A stretch of DNA of 64,000 bases from Auanema rhodensis (taxonomy: Eukaryota > Animalia > Nematoda). Below the pieces are notes generated by a model. That model was not told the origin of the DNA. It did no database searches and was given only the letters and a program-made list of their open reading frames with translations. How positions within the stretch are numbered: position 1 is the first letter of the stretch; each line of letters opens with the position of its first letter. Of this stretch, positions 29,310 to 40,485 are shown one piece after another. Location of the stretch: positions 6,634,001 to 6,698,000 of the forward strand of contig OZ059897.1 of the NCBI GenBank assembly GCA_964057225.1, read 5' to 3'. A program made the translations under genes and the position numbers.

Positions 29310-30308
29310 AACTTATTTTAATTTAGTAAAAACAATATGCATATTAATGTCACGTAAACAGCCACGTGCAATCCACGTACATCACGCTGTATTACAAAAA
29401 TTGGAATAGAACATAATATGATGAATTATTTATAAAATTAATTATATAAAATTAATTTTATATATTATTATTAATATTATTTTTAATTTAAATATATTAT
29501 AAAATAATTTATATATGTATATGTGTATATATAATATATTTTATTTGAAAAACAAATGTGTATAGATATCACTAGACACATAAACCTTTAAAAGCTTATC
29601 ATCCTCCTATAAAGCTTTTTTTTTCTTCTTGTGAAATATGGTTAATAAAGATAAGTATTATTTGATATTTAATTATAAAAACAAATATTCATTTCAATCA
29701 CAATGTCTTCATGTAATTGATTTTTTTTTGAAATTTGAAAGCTTCATCAGTCTGCTTAAAAGATATTCAGAAGTGGATGTTCAGGAGCAATATTGAAACT
29801 GAGATATTCTTCTAAATCTAAGAAGTTTTTGCTTTAGTAAATATTTCTCAAAAATTTGAGTTTTTAGGATAAATTCAATCAATCAGTACTCATCAAATTT
29901 GTTCAATGAACACGTTTTTTTTTCAGTTTCTCATACTTTTTCGAAGAAGAACTGATGCAGCTGGTAGTACTTGCATGATAATCATTTTTGGAACAACACA
30001 TAAAATCTTAAAACATATTGATTGAATACCAAACTTTTGTATCAGGGAATCCCTGATAGTGATTTCGAAGTTGCTTCTCGCTAGACACATAAGTTAGCAT
30101 TTTGTTCACAAACTCTGAAAACGCATCGCTTGCAGCAGATTTTCTTCAAACGTATAGAAAAGCTTTTGATATGATTGTTATTTCTTGATATATAACATTA
30201 ATCCAAATACTCATTTAACAAAAAAAAAACGTTTTAAGAAGGAAAATTCTAAAAGATAAAGTCTGCATATTCCTTATTTCATCATTGATCTTTTGTCATT
30301 TCTCTCTA

Positions 30309-30346
<38 letters not shown>

Positions 30347-30487
30347 CTTTACTCTCTCTCTCTCTCACTCTCTAATGCTCTCTCCCTTTCTTTTTTTTCT
30401 TTTTTTATCGTTAAATTACTCAAAAATGAAAACATTTATTATTAAAAATCAGAAAATCAAAAAATTAATAATTGTCATGTGGAAATA

Positions 30488-31482
30488 TTAGAAATCTTTA
30501 TTACAGGTAATTCCACATACATTGGCATTCTTGGAATACTGTACGACAATAACATCGTTAGCTGACCATCCACCAAATGGCTTGAAACTATTCTTATTTT
30601 GAGGAGCTTCACCAGTAATTGGGGCATTAGCCCACCTGTAAGAATAGAAAACTGAATGTTAATTATGATGCAGAAGTTACCATAACTGAAGATTTTCTTG
30701 ATTAAAACGGGCTTTATCAGCGTTTCCGGTAATCTGACTCCAATCATTTTCATTGGTATAGATAGTGCAAGTAAAATATTGCTGTAAGACAAGAAATAGA
30801 AAGCTGAGTTGAAACATTAATAGAAGTATTTACATTTGCGTTAGCAGCACTTATGATTTGCTTGATGAATTTGATATTCTTAGAAGTATCTTGATTCCAA
30901 TCTTGAGGATTTGTAACCTATAGGATAAAATGTATAATAGAAATAAAGAGAATCATAATTTACCCAAATTAATATATGATTACCATATAAACCACAGTTT
31001 TTCAATCCAGTATTCATGTCAACAAACTGTTCAAAACCACTTTTAGTTCCTTTTGGAGATGGTATCATGTAAATATCTGGTTGTATATTAGAATCTAAAA
31101 CAATATGTTTCAATTCAAAATTTCAACTTGTGAGATCAGACGAAGATGAACAATTGTATCTCTTGGAAATAAGGCTTACATGTCTTAGCAGATTTGTATG
31201 TATTACAAACATTCTTATCAAACATTCCATTGTTCATATTCATGTAAGCTCTGAAAACATGCTGATTGAATATAATAATTTAATATTAGGATATGCCTAA
31301 TGTATATTCTACTAGAGTTGTAACTTGTCGATAGACAGTTCAATTGAGCATCAGATACCGGTTGTTGAAAATCTATGATCTGAGATATAGAAAAATAAAG
31401 TGAAATGATTAGAAGTTGATCAGAATACCTGTGCTGTGGTTATGCCAAACAGTGCAATTCCGAGAAAGATACACAGTTTCAT
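30488..31482 (-). CDS. Secreted lysozyme-like protein (GH25-related nematode lys family, lys-1/2/7/8-like type)
   Basis: Signal peptide MKLCIFLGIALFGITTAQ. Then IIDFQQPVSDAQLNCL, YIRAYMNMNNGMFDKNVC, DIYMIPSPKGTKSGFEQF, ILIWVTNPQDW, NIKFIKQIISAA, TIYTNENDWSQIT, FKPFGGW and VQYSKNANVCGITCNKDF*, colinear with nematode LYS motifs. The model needs one GC-AG intron (31251-31296). Confidence 0.82.
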
Positions 31483-31847
31483 GTTTACGTACGAAATAGA
31501 AAAAGAAATGAGAGTTGCTCTCAAAATGACTCCTTATATTCTTCCTTTGAACTATTTTTCAAAAGATAAGCATCAAAGTTATCAGTGCCTCTCACCATCT
31601 CGCAATCTTTTCCTCTCCTTTTTTTCTTTATATGTCTTTCTCTTTCATCTCGTTATTCTCAATCTCTCTTTCTTTATATTCTTTAAAAATCTTACTCTGA
31701 TGATAGATAAGTTGTCGATTAATTGAAATAATCAGGATCTATGATTTACGTATTTTGATTCTTTAAGCTTTTAGAAAAATTTCATATATTTCTAGAAAAC
31801 CGTCATTTGTGATCAATAGATGATCGTACCAAGTACAGATGAGCAAG

Positions 31848-31871
31848 AAAAAGTTGAAGAAAACCTTAAAA
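31848..31871 (-). terminator. Pol III oligo-T terminators (T4, T4, T5) just 3' of the tRNA, present in each unit
   Basis: Minus strand after the discriminator reads TACC TTTT AAGG TTTT CTTCAAC TTTTT. Confidence 0.8.
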
Positions 31872-31875
31872 GGTA

Positions 31876-31999
31876 TGCACGGAGTGGGATTTGAACCCAC
31901 GCCCTCATACGAGGACCAGAACACCCAACTCTATACACAGAGTAAGAGATGATGAACAACTCTTGAGTCTGGCGCCTTAGACCACTCGGCCATCCGTGC
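31876..31999 (-). tRNA. tRNA-Leu(CAA) with 40-nt intron (31922-31961); first of 141 near-identical copies
   Basis: Minus strand: GCACGGA TG GCCGAGTGGTCTAAGGC G CCAGA CT CAA G [intron] T TCTGG TCCTCGTATGAGGGC GTGGG TTCAAAT CCCAC TCCGTGC A. It has a 7-bp acceptor stem, A and B boxes, a long variable arm, discriminator A, and the intron at the canonical 37/38 position. Confidence 0.97.
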
Positions 32000-34900
32000 T
32001 TCGAACACCGTCATTTGTGATCAATAGATGATCGTACCAAGTACAGATGAGCAAGAAAAAGTTGAAGAAAACCTTAAAAGGTATGCACGGAGTGGGATTT
32101 GAACCCACGCCCTCATACGAGGACCAGAACACCCAACTCTATACACAGAGTAAGAGATGATGAACAACTCTTGAGTCTGGCGCCTTAGACCACTCGGCCA
32201 TCCGTGCTTCGAACACCGTCATTTGTGATCAATAGATGATCGTACCAAGTACAGATGAGCAAGAAAAAGTTGAAAAAAACCTTAAAAGGTATGCACGGAG
32301 TGGGATTTGAACCCACGCCCTCATACGAGGACCAGAACACCCAACTCTATACACAGAGTAAGAGATGATGAACAACTCTTGAGTCTGGCGCCTTAGACCA
32401 CTCGGCCATCCGTGCTTCGAACACCGTCATTTGTGATCAATAGATGATCGTACCAAGTACAGATGAGCAAGAAAAAGTTGAAGAAAACCTTAAAAGGTAT
32501 GCACGGAGTGGGATTTGAACCCACGCCCTCATACGAGGACCAGAACACCCAACTCTATACACAGAGTAAGAGATGATGAACAACTCTTGAGTCTGGCGCC
32601 TTAGACCACTCGGCCATCCGTGCTTCGAACACCGTCATTTGTGATCAATAGATGATCGTACCAAGTACAGATGAGCAAGAAAAAGTTGAAGAAAACCTTA
32701 AAAGGTATGCACGGAGTGGGATTTGAACCCACGCCCTCATACGAGGACCAGAACACCCAACTCTATACACAGAGTAAGAGATGATGAACAACTCTTGAGT
32801 CTGGCGCCTTAGACCACTCGGCCATCCGTGCTTCGAACACCGTCATTTGTGATCAATAGATGATCGTACCAAGTACAGATGAGCAAGAAAAAGTTGAAGA
32901 AAACCTTAAAGGGTATGCACGGAGTGGGATTTGAACCCACGCCCTCATACGAGGACCAGAACACCCAACTCTATACACAGAGTAAGAGATGATGAACAAC
33001 TCTTGAGTCTGGCGCCTTAGACCACTCGGCCATCCGTGCTTCGAACACCGTCATTTGTGATCAATAGATGATCGTACCAAGTACAGATGAGCAAGAAAAA
33101 GTTGAAAAAAACCTTAAAAGGTATGCACGGAGTGGGATTTGAACCCACGCCCTCATACGAGGACCAGAACACCCAACTCTATACACAGAGTAAGAGATGA
33201 TGAACAACTCTTGAGTCTGGCGCCTTAGACCACTCGGCCATCCGTGCTTCGAACACCGTCATTTGTGATCAATAGATGATCGTACCAAGTACAGATGAGC
33301 AAGAAAAAGTTGAAAAAAACCTTAAAAGGTATGCACGGAGTGGGATTTGAACCCACGCCCTCATACGAGGACCAGAACACCCAACTCTATACACAGAGTA
33401 AGAGATGATGAACAACTCTTGAGTCTGGCGCCTTAGACCACTCGGCCATCCGTGCTTCGAACACCGTCATTTGTGATCAATAGATGATCGTACCAAGTAC
33501 AGATGAGCAAGAAAAAGTTGAAGAAAACCTTAAAAGGTATGCACGGAGTGGGATTTGAACCCACGCCCTCATACGAGGACCAGAACACCCAACTCTATAC
33601 ACAGAGTAAGAGATGATGAACAACTCTTGAGTCTGGCGCCTTAGACCACTCGGCCATCCGTGCTTCGAACACCGTCATTTGTGATCAATAGATGATCGTA
33701 CCAAGTACAGATGAGCAAGAAAAAGTTGAAAAAAACCTTAAAAGGTATGCACGGAGTGGGATTTGAACCCACGCCCTCATACGAGGACCAGAACACCCAA
33801 CTCTATACACAGAGTAAGAGATGATGAACAACTCTTGAGTCTGGCGCCTTAGACCACTCGGCCATCCGTGCTTCGAACACCGTCATTTGTGATCAATAGA
33901 TGATCGTACCAAGTACAGATGAGCAAGAAAAAGTTGAAGAAAACCTTAAAAGGTATGCACGGAGTGGGATTTGAACCCACGCCCTCATACGAGGACCAGA
34001 ACACCCAACTCTATACACAGAGTAAGAGATGATGAACAACTCTTGAGTCTGGCGCCTTAGACCACTCGGCCATCCGTGCTTCGAACACCGTCATTTGTGA
34101 TCAATAGATGATCGTACCAAGTACAGATGAGCAAGAAAAAGTTGAAGAAAACCTTAAAAGGTATGCACGGAGTGGGATTTGAACCCACGCCCTCATACGA
34201 GGACCAGAACACCCAACTCTATACACAGAGTAAGAGATGATGAACAACTCTTGAGTCTGGCGCCTTAGACCACTCGGCCATCCGTGCTTCGAACACCGTC
34301 ATTTGTGATCAATAGATGATCGTACCAAGTACAGATGAGCAAGAAAAAGTTGAAGAAAACCTTAAAGGGTATGCACGGAGTGGGATTTGAACCCACGCCC
34401 TCATACGAGGACCAGAACACCCAACTCTATACACAGAGTAAGAGATGATGAACAACTCTTGAGTCTGGCGCCTTAGACCACTCGGCCATCCGTGCTTCGA
34501 ACACCGTCATTTGTGATCAATAGATGATCGTACCAAGTACAGATGAGCAAGAAAAAGTTGAAAAAAACCTTAAAAGGTATGCACGGAGTGGGATTTGAAC
34601 CCACGCCCTCATACGAGGACCAGAACACCCAACTCTATACACAGAGTAAGAGATGATGAACAACTCTTGAGTCTGGCGCCTTAGACCACTCGGCCATCCG
34701 TGCTTCGAACACCGTCATTTGTGATCAATAGATGATCGTACCAAGTACAGATGAGCAAGAAAAAGTTGAAAAAAACCTTAAAAGGTATGCACGGAGTGGG
34801 ATTTGAACCCACGCCCTCATACGAGGACCAGAACACCCAACTCTATACACAGAGTAAGAGATGATGAACAACTCTTGAGTCTGGCGCCTTAGACCACTCG

Positions 34901-36451
34901 GCCATCCGTGCTTCGAACACCGTCATTTGTGATCAATAGATGATCGTACCAAGTACAGATGAGCAAGAAAAAGTTGAAGAAAACCTTAAAAGGTATGCAC
35001 GGAGTGGGATTTGAACCCACGCCCTCATACGAGGACCAGAACACCCAACTCTATACACAGAGTAAGAGATGATGAACAACTCTTGAGTCTGGCGCCTTAG
35101 ACCACTCGGCCATCCGTGCTTCGAACACCGTCATTTGTGATCAATAGATGATCGTACCAAGTACAGATGAGCAAGAAAAAGTTGAAGAAAACCTTAAAAG
35201 GTATGCACGGAGTGGGATTTGAACCCACGCCCTCATACGAGGACCAGAACACCCAACTCTATACACAGAGTAAGAGATGATGAACAACTCTTGAGTCTGG
35301 CGCCTTAGACCACTCGGCCATCCGTGCTTCGAACACCGTCATTTGTGATCAATAGATGATCGTACCAAGTACAGATGAGCAAGAAAAAGTTGAAGAAAAC
35401 CTTAAAGGGTATGCACGGAGTGGGATTTGAACCCACGCCCTCATACGAGGACCAGAACACCCAACTCTATACACAGAGTAAGAGATGATGAACAACTCTT
35501 GAGTCTGGCGCCTTAGACCACTCGGCCATCCGTGCTTCGAACACCGTCATTTGTGATCAATAGATGATCGTACCAAGTACAGATGAGCAAGAAAAAGTTG
35601 AAAAAAACCTTAAAAGGTATGCACGGAGTGGGATTTGAACCCACGCCCTCATACGAGGACCAGAACACCCAACTCTATACACAGAGTAAGAGATGATGAA
35701 CAACTCTTGAGTCTGGCGCCTTAGACCACTCGGCCATCCGTGCTTCGAACACCGTCATTTGTGATCAATAGATGATCGTACCAAGTACAGATGAGCAAGA
35801 AAAAGTTGAAGAAAACCTTAAAAGGTATGCACGGAGTGGGATTTGAACCCACGCCCTCATACGAGGACCAGAACACCCAACTCTATACACAGAGTAAGAG
35901 ATGATGAACAACTCTTGAGTCTGGCGCCTTAGACCACTCGGCCATCCGTGCTTCGAACACCGTCATTTGTGATCAATAGATGATCGTACCAAGTACAGAT
36001 GAGCAAGAAAAAGTTGAAGAAAACCTTAAAAGGTATGCACGGAGTGGGATTTGAACCCACGCCCTCATACGAGGACCAGAACACCCAACTCTATACACAG
36101 AGTAAGAGATGATGAACAACTCTTGAGTCTGGCGCCTTAGACCACTCGGCCATCCGTGCTTCGAACACCGTCATTTGTGATCAATAGATGATCGTACCAA
36201 GTACAGATGAGCAAGAAAAAGTTGAAGAAAACCTTAAAAGGTATGCACGGAGTGGGATTTGAACCCACGCCCTCATACGAGGACCAGAACACCCAACTCT
36301 ATACACAGAGTAAGAGATGATGAACAACTCTTGAGTCTGGCGCCTTAGATCACTCGGCCATCCGTGCTTCGAACACCGTCATTTGTGATCAATAGATGAT
36401 CGTACCAAGTACAGATGAGCAAGAAAAAGTTGAAGAAAACCTTAAAAGGTA

Positions 36452-36575
36452 TGCACGGAGTGGGATTTGAACCCACGCCCTCATACGAGGACCAGAACAC
36501 CCAACTCTATACACAGAGTAAGAGATGATGAACAACTCTTGAGTCTGGCGCCTTAGACCACTCGGCCATCCGTGC
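36452..36575 (-). tRNA. tRNA-Leu(CAA), intron-containing, last (23rd) copy of array 1
   Basis: Identical to the consensus copy. Confidence 0.95.
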
Positions 36576-36609
36576 TTCGAACACCGTCATTTGTGATCAA
36601 TAGATGATC

Positions 36610-39468
36610 ATTTTGAAAAAAAAGTTTAGAAGTTAAAATATGATGATTTAATTTTTTATTTATATTTGTTCTTGTTCTACTGCTGATCTCATCTTTCTGT
36701 CTTCGAAAAAGGTAATTGGCTTCCAAGTTTCCGTAAATAGCATTGATATGATCTGCCTAGCACATTTCTGATAATCTTCCAAGAATATTAAAACAACGAG
36801 AGGATTAATGATTGTGAATATTGATGGTAAGACCATCAGATAAGCAGTAACTTCAATTGGAAATGGAATTTGTAACCAACTACAAGCAATTGCCAGAAAT
36901 TGAGGACAAAACACCAAGGAAAATGGTAGAATAGTCTGAGTATGAAGGTTATAAGTGTAAGGAAAGAACGGAAAAAATAACACCTGTATGATGAGTAGCT
37001 TTAGAATTTTCCAATTTCGTTTGACTGCTGATGCCACTCGATGTTGGTTAAGTGTTCTCATAATAGCACAAGACGATATAATCATCGTAATAGTTACCAG
37101 AATCGCCAAAATAAAAATTGAAAATAATAATGAAGCTTTAACAACATTTCCTTCTAAAGCCTTAATTCATTTTACATTACATTTTACCATAAAAACTTGA
37201 TATAGATTCCTTACGGTAACTGAAAATGAGAAGAAAAATCGATTTTTAAGTGAATGATTCAGATAAGTTAGTACTAGTGGCTCTGCTTGCTCCACAGCTT
37301 TTTCATTAGGATGAACAACCATGATTACTGCTGTCATCCACATTGACACAAAAATTATATTGATAGCTAAACTGAGGACTATTCCAACAGGACTACATAG
37401 AAAAACATTCAGTTTTGGCCTGAAACAAGTTATGATTATTTCTGTTCTCTACTTTTTTCACTGGTTTACCTGCATATCACAGCGTATCTCAAGAAAAAAA
37501 TAAATCCCAAAAGACTAACTGTTGCAGCTTCGACGGCACACATGATATACATACAAGTGGCGGCCAAGACATTATTTATCATGAACGGTCCCTCAAATAT
37601 AAGAAACACTCCATCATCTCCAAATATATATATCTAGATAATAATATTTAAAATTACAAGTTTTTTCTAAATATTGAGGACTTTTGTACTTTTCTCTAGT
37701 TATATTTGTCTTTGTTTATATAAATAGTATGTACAAGATATGAAACTTCATATCTGTAGTTTATGATTTGTATTGAGAACTCTATATCGTCACATTTTGA
37801 TGAAACAACATACAATATCAATCAATATAATCGTTATTTTATTAAATAAATTCAAATAATAAATGAAAATACGAAACTTTCTCAATTGAACTATTTTTCT
37901 TAATTGTGTTATTAAATTATTTCATAAAAATTCGGAACTTCATTTAAGAATATTGAGGAATCATCTCGATCTTCCATTAATCTTTGTTGAATTTAACATA
38001 ATAATCTGTTATTTTTTATTTGAATTATGATTATTTGATTGAAAAATTCAAAATTTAGAATTAGGATTTATTTAATGAAGGTATACAAGCTAAAAATAGA
38101 CATGATATCAAAAATTCTGCCAATGATTTTGAGGTAGCTTGATGATAATAATACCTTTTGAAGTGATTTCTGGTTAATAGCAGTCACAAATATATATTAT
38201 TCATCAAATTCTTTAATTATTCATTTCAAAAAGTTAAATAATCTTATATGTTATAAATTGAAAAAGAATATATTTCATTTTAATCTATCTTATACTAATC
38301 CCTGGCTCTAGTTTCATATATAGATCAATTTATATTTCTATTTGATTAATATGAAATATAAAGAGAAAAAATGGTTGTTACTTGTTTTTTTTTGTTTTTT
38401 TTGTAATGGTTTTTGAGTCAAAAAAATTAAATCAATCACTGATATTAAATATAAAGAGCTACTTCAGAAGTTTTCAAAAGATTTGCTTTTACCGGTGTTT
38501 ACACATGTTTGCTAATTTTCAAAAATATTATTATTATCATTTCGGGCAAGGGCATATTCAACTATACATGTGTGCAATGACAATATTAAAATGAAAAATA
38601 TGAAGAAGATTGTGCAATAGGTTTCTGAAGTTTAAAAACTTACAACATTATCAAAACATAAGCCAAATACCAGAGTTATATCAAAGAAAGTATAGAAAAG
38701 TTGAAAAGCACGTTGTATTCTGTCGACAAAGTTTGATTTACATCTCAATTGTATAATAAATAAAAATATATTTAGTATAATAGAAATTATGAATAAAGCC
38801 AGTTGAACACGAAATACTTCGTCAGGATCGATCATGATCAGCCTTAAAACAGAATTAATTAGAAAAACAAAAAGAAATCAATTAACTAAAAGAGAAAATA
38901 TTTGAAATCATTCCTTAAAATTCAGCAACATGGCTTCATTAATTAATTTTCTAAATTAATTTCAATTTTTTTCAAACATTTCAAAGAAATAAAATAAAAT
39001 CTAAAAATGAAAGAATGTGCAGATTATTATCAAACTGGGAAAATATCAGAATCATTCCTTCCGCCTCTTCATGAAATATTTCAAAGTTTACATGATTAAC
39101 ATACATCATTCACACGTTTCGGTTCCTTTTTCTTTATTGGTGTGAACATTTGAAAGTCTATTTGAGAAAAAAACTTGGAGCTCAGTTAGCGGAAAATCAG
39201 GAAAATCTACGAAGACAACCACAATATGAAAGATTTTTCAAAAAGTTCAGAAATGTAAAGTTGGTTCTTCGAGAAACAAAACTGTTTAATTACAGTATAT
39301 ACGTGCATATAATACATATTATTTGACTATTTATATATTTATTAAATAATTTTTTAAATAAAATATGAGTATTAATTAACAATTCCATAGAATATCATGA
39401 ATATTTTTTCTCTAAAATGTAATTTTCGTTGAAATTTATGAACATTTTTTTCAATATTTTTTCTCGAA
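36610..39468. other. 2,859-bp unique insert interrupting the tRNA array, flanked by an 11-bp direct repeat
   Basis: AATAGATGATC occurs at 36599-36609 and 39469-39479. Removing the insert plus one copy of the 11-mer restores a perfect spacer. Confidence 0.85.
36660..38835 (-). CDS. Nematode 7TM chemoreceptor (Str/Srd/Srj superfamily), multi-exon with ~1-kb first intron
   Basis: Exon 1 MIDPDEVFRVQLALFIISIILNIFLFIIQ...FFDITLVFGLCFDNV|gtaagt. Exon 2 ...LIFEGPF...LLGFIFFLRYAVICR|P. Later motifs KILKLLIIQ/TILP and LPSIFTIINPLVVLIFLEDYQK. About seven hydrophobic segments. Confidence 0.85.
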
Positions 39469-39529
39469 AATAGATGATCGTACCAAGTACAGATGAGCAA
39501 GAAAAAGTTGAAGAAAACCTTAAAAGGTA

Positions 39530-39653
39530 TGCACGGAGTGGGATTTGAACCCACGCCCTCATACGAGGACCAGAACACCCAACTCTATACACAGAGTAAG
39601 AGATGATGAACAACTCTTGAGTCTGGCGCCTTAGACCACTCGGCCATCCGTGC
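39530..39653 (-). tRNA. tRNA-Leu(CAA), intron-containing, first copy of array 2
   Basis: Identical to the consensus copy. Confidence 0.95.
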
Positions 39654-40361
39654 TTCGAACACCGTCATTTGTGATCAATAGATAATCGTACCAAGTACAG
39701 ATGAGCAAGAAAAAGTTGAAGAAAACCTTAAAAGGTATGCACGGAGTGGGATTTGAACCCACGCCCTCATACGAGGACCAGAACACCCAACTCTATACAC
39801 AGAGTAAGAGATGATGAACAACTCTTGAGTCTGGCGCCTTAGACCACTCGGCCATCCGTGCTTCGAACACCGTCATTTGTGATCAATAGATGATCGTACC
39901 AAGTACAGATGAGCAAGAAAAAGTTGAAGAAAACCTTAAAAGGTATGCACGGAGTGGGATTTGAACCCACGCCCTCATACGAGGACCAGAACACCCAACT
40001 CTATACACAGAGTAAGAGATGATGAACAACTCTTGAGTCTGGCGCCTTAGACCACTCGGCCATCCCTGCTTCGAACACCGTCATTTGTGATCAATAGATG
40101 ATCGTACCAAGTACAGATGAGCAAGAAAAAGTTGAAGAAAACCTTAAAAGGTATGCACGGAGTGGGATTTGAACCCACGCCCTCATACGAGGACCAGAAC
40201 ACCCAACTCTATACACAGAGTAAGAGATGATGAACAACTCTTGAGTCTGGCGCCTTAGACCACTCGGCCATCCGTGCTTCGAACACCGTCATTTGTGATC
40301 AATAGATAATCGTACCAAGTACAGATGAGCAAGAAAAAGTTGAAGAAAACCTTAAAAGGTA

Positions 40362-40485
40362 TGCACGGAGTGGGATTTGAACCCACGCCCTCATACGAGG
40401 ACCAGAACACCCAACTCTATACACAGAGTAAGAGATGATGAACAACTCTTGAGTGTGGCGCCTTAGAGCACTCGGCCATCCATGC
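40362..40485 (-). pseudogene. Probable tRNA-Leu pseudogene copy (C4U, G19C, G30C); same haplotype at 41818-41941 and 42442-42565
   Basis: Plus strand gagtGtggcgccttagaGcactcggccatccAtgc. This breaks an anticodon-stem pair and the invariant D-loop GG. Confidence 0.65.

Larger units (their letters stand above)
31799..36609 (-). repeat. Tandem array 1: 23 head-to-tail copies of a 208-bp tRNA-Leu(CAA) gene unit
   Basis: CGTCATTTGT recurs at 31801, 32009, 32217 and onward. tRNA genes start at 31876+208k, and the last ends at 36575 with no register shift. Confidence 0.97.

Noticed and set aside
29757-30100. Possible small 3-exon minus-strand gene (MLTYVSSEKQLRNHYQGFPDTK...)
   Set aside because: A ~65-aa model can be built, but the donors are ambiguous and there is no recognisable homology; too weak to call.
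31876-31999. tRNA-derived SINE
   Set aside because: The cloverleaf is complete with the intron retained. There is no SINE body, tail or per-copy TSD, and copies are tandem, not dispersed.
36610-39468. Terminal inverted repeats or an autonomous transposon at the insert
   Set aside because: Only a weak, offset A-rich resemblance (TTTTGAAAAAAAAGTT vs TATTGAAAAAAATGTT) and no transposase; not called a mobile element.
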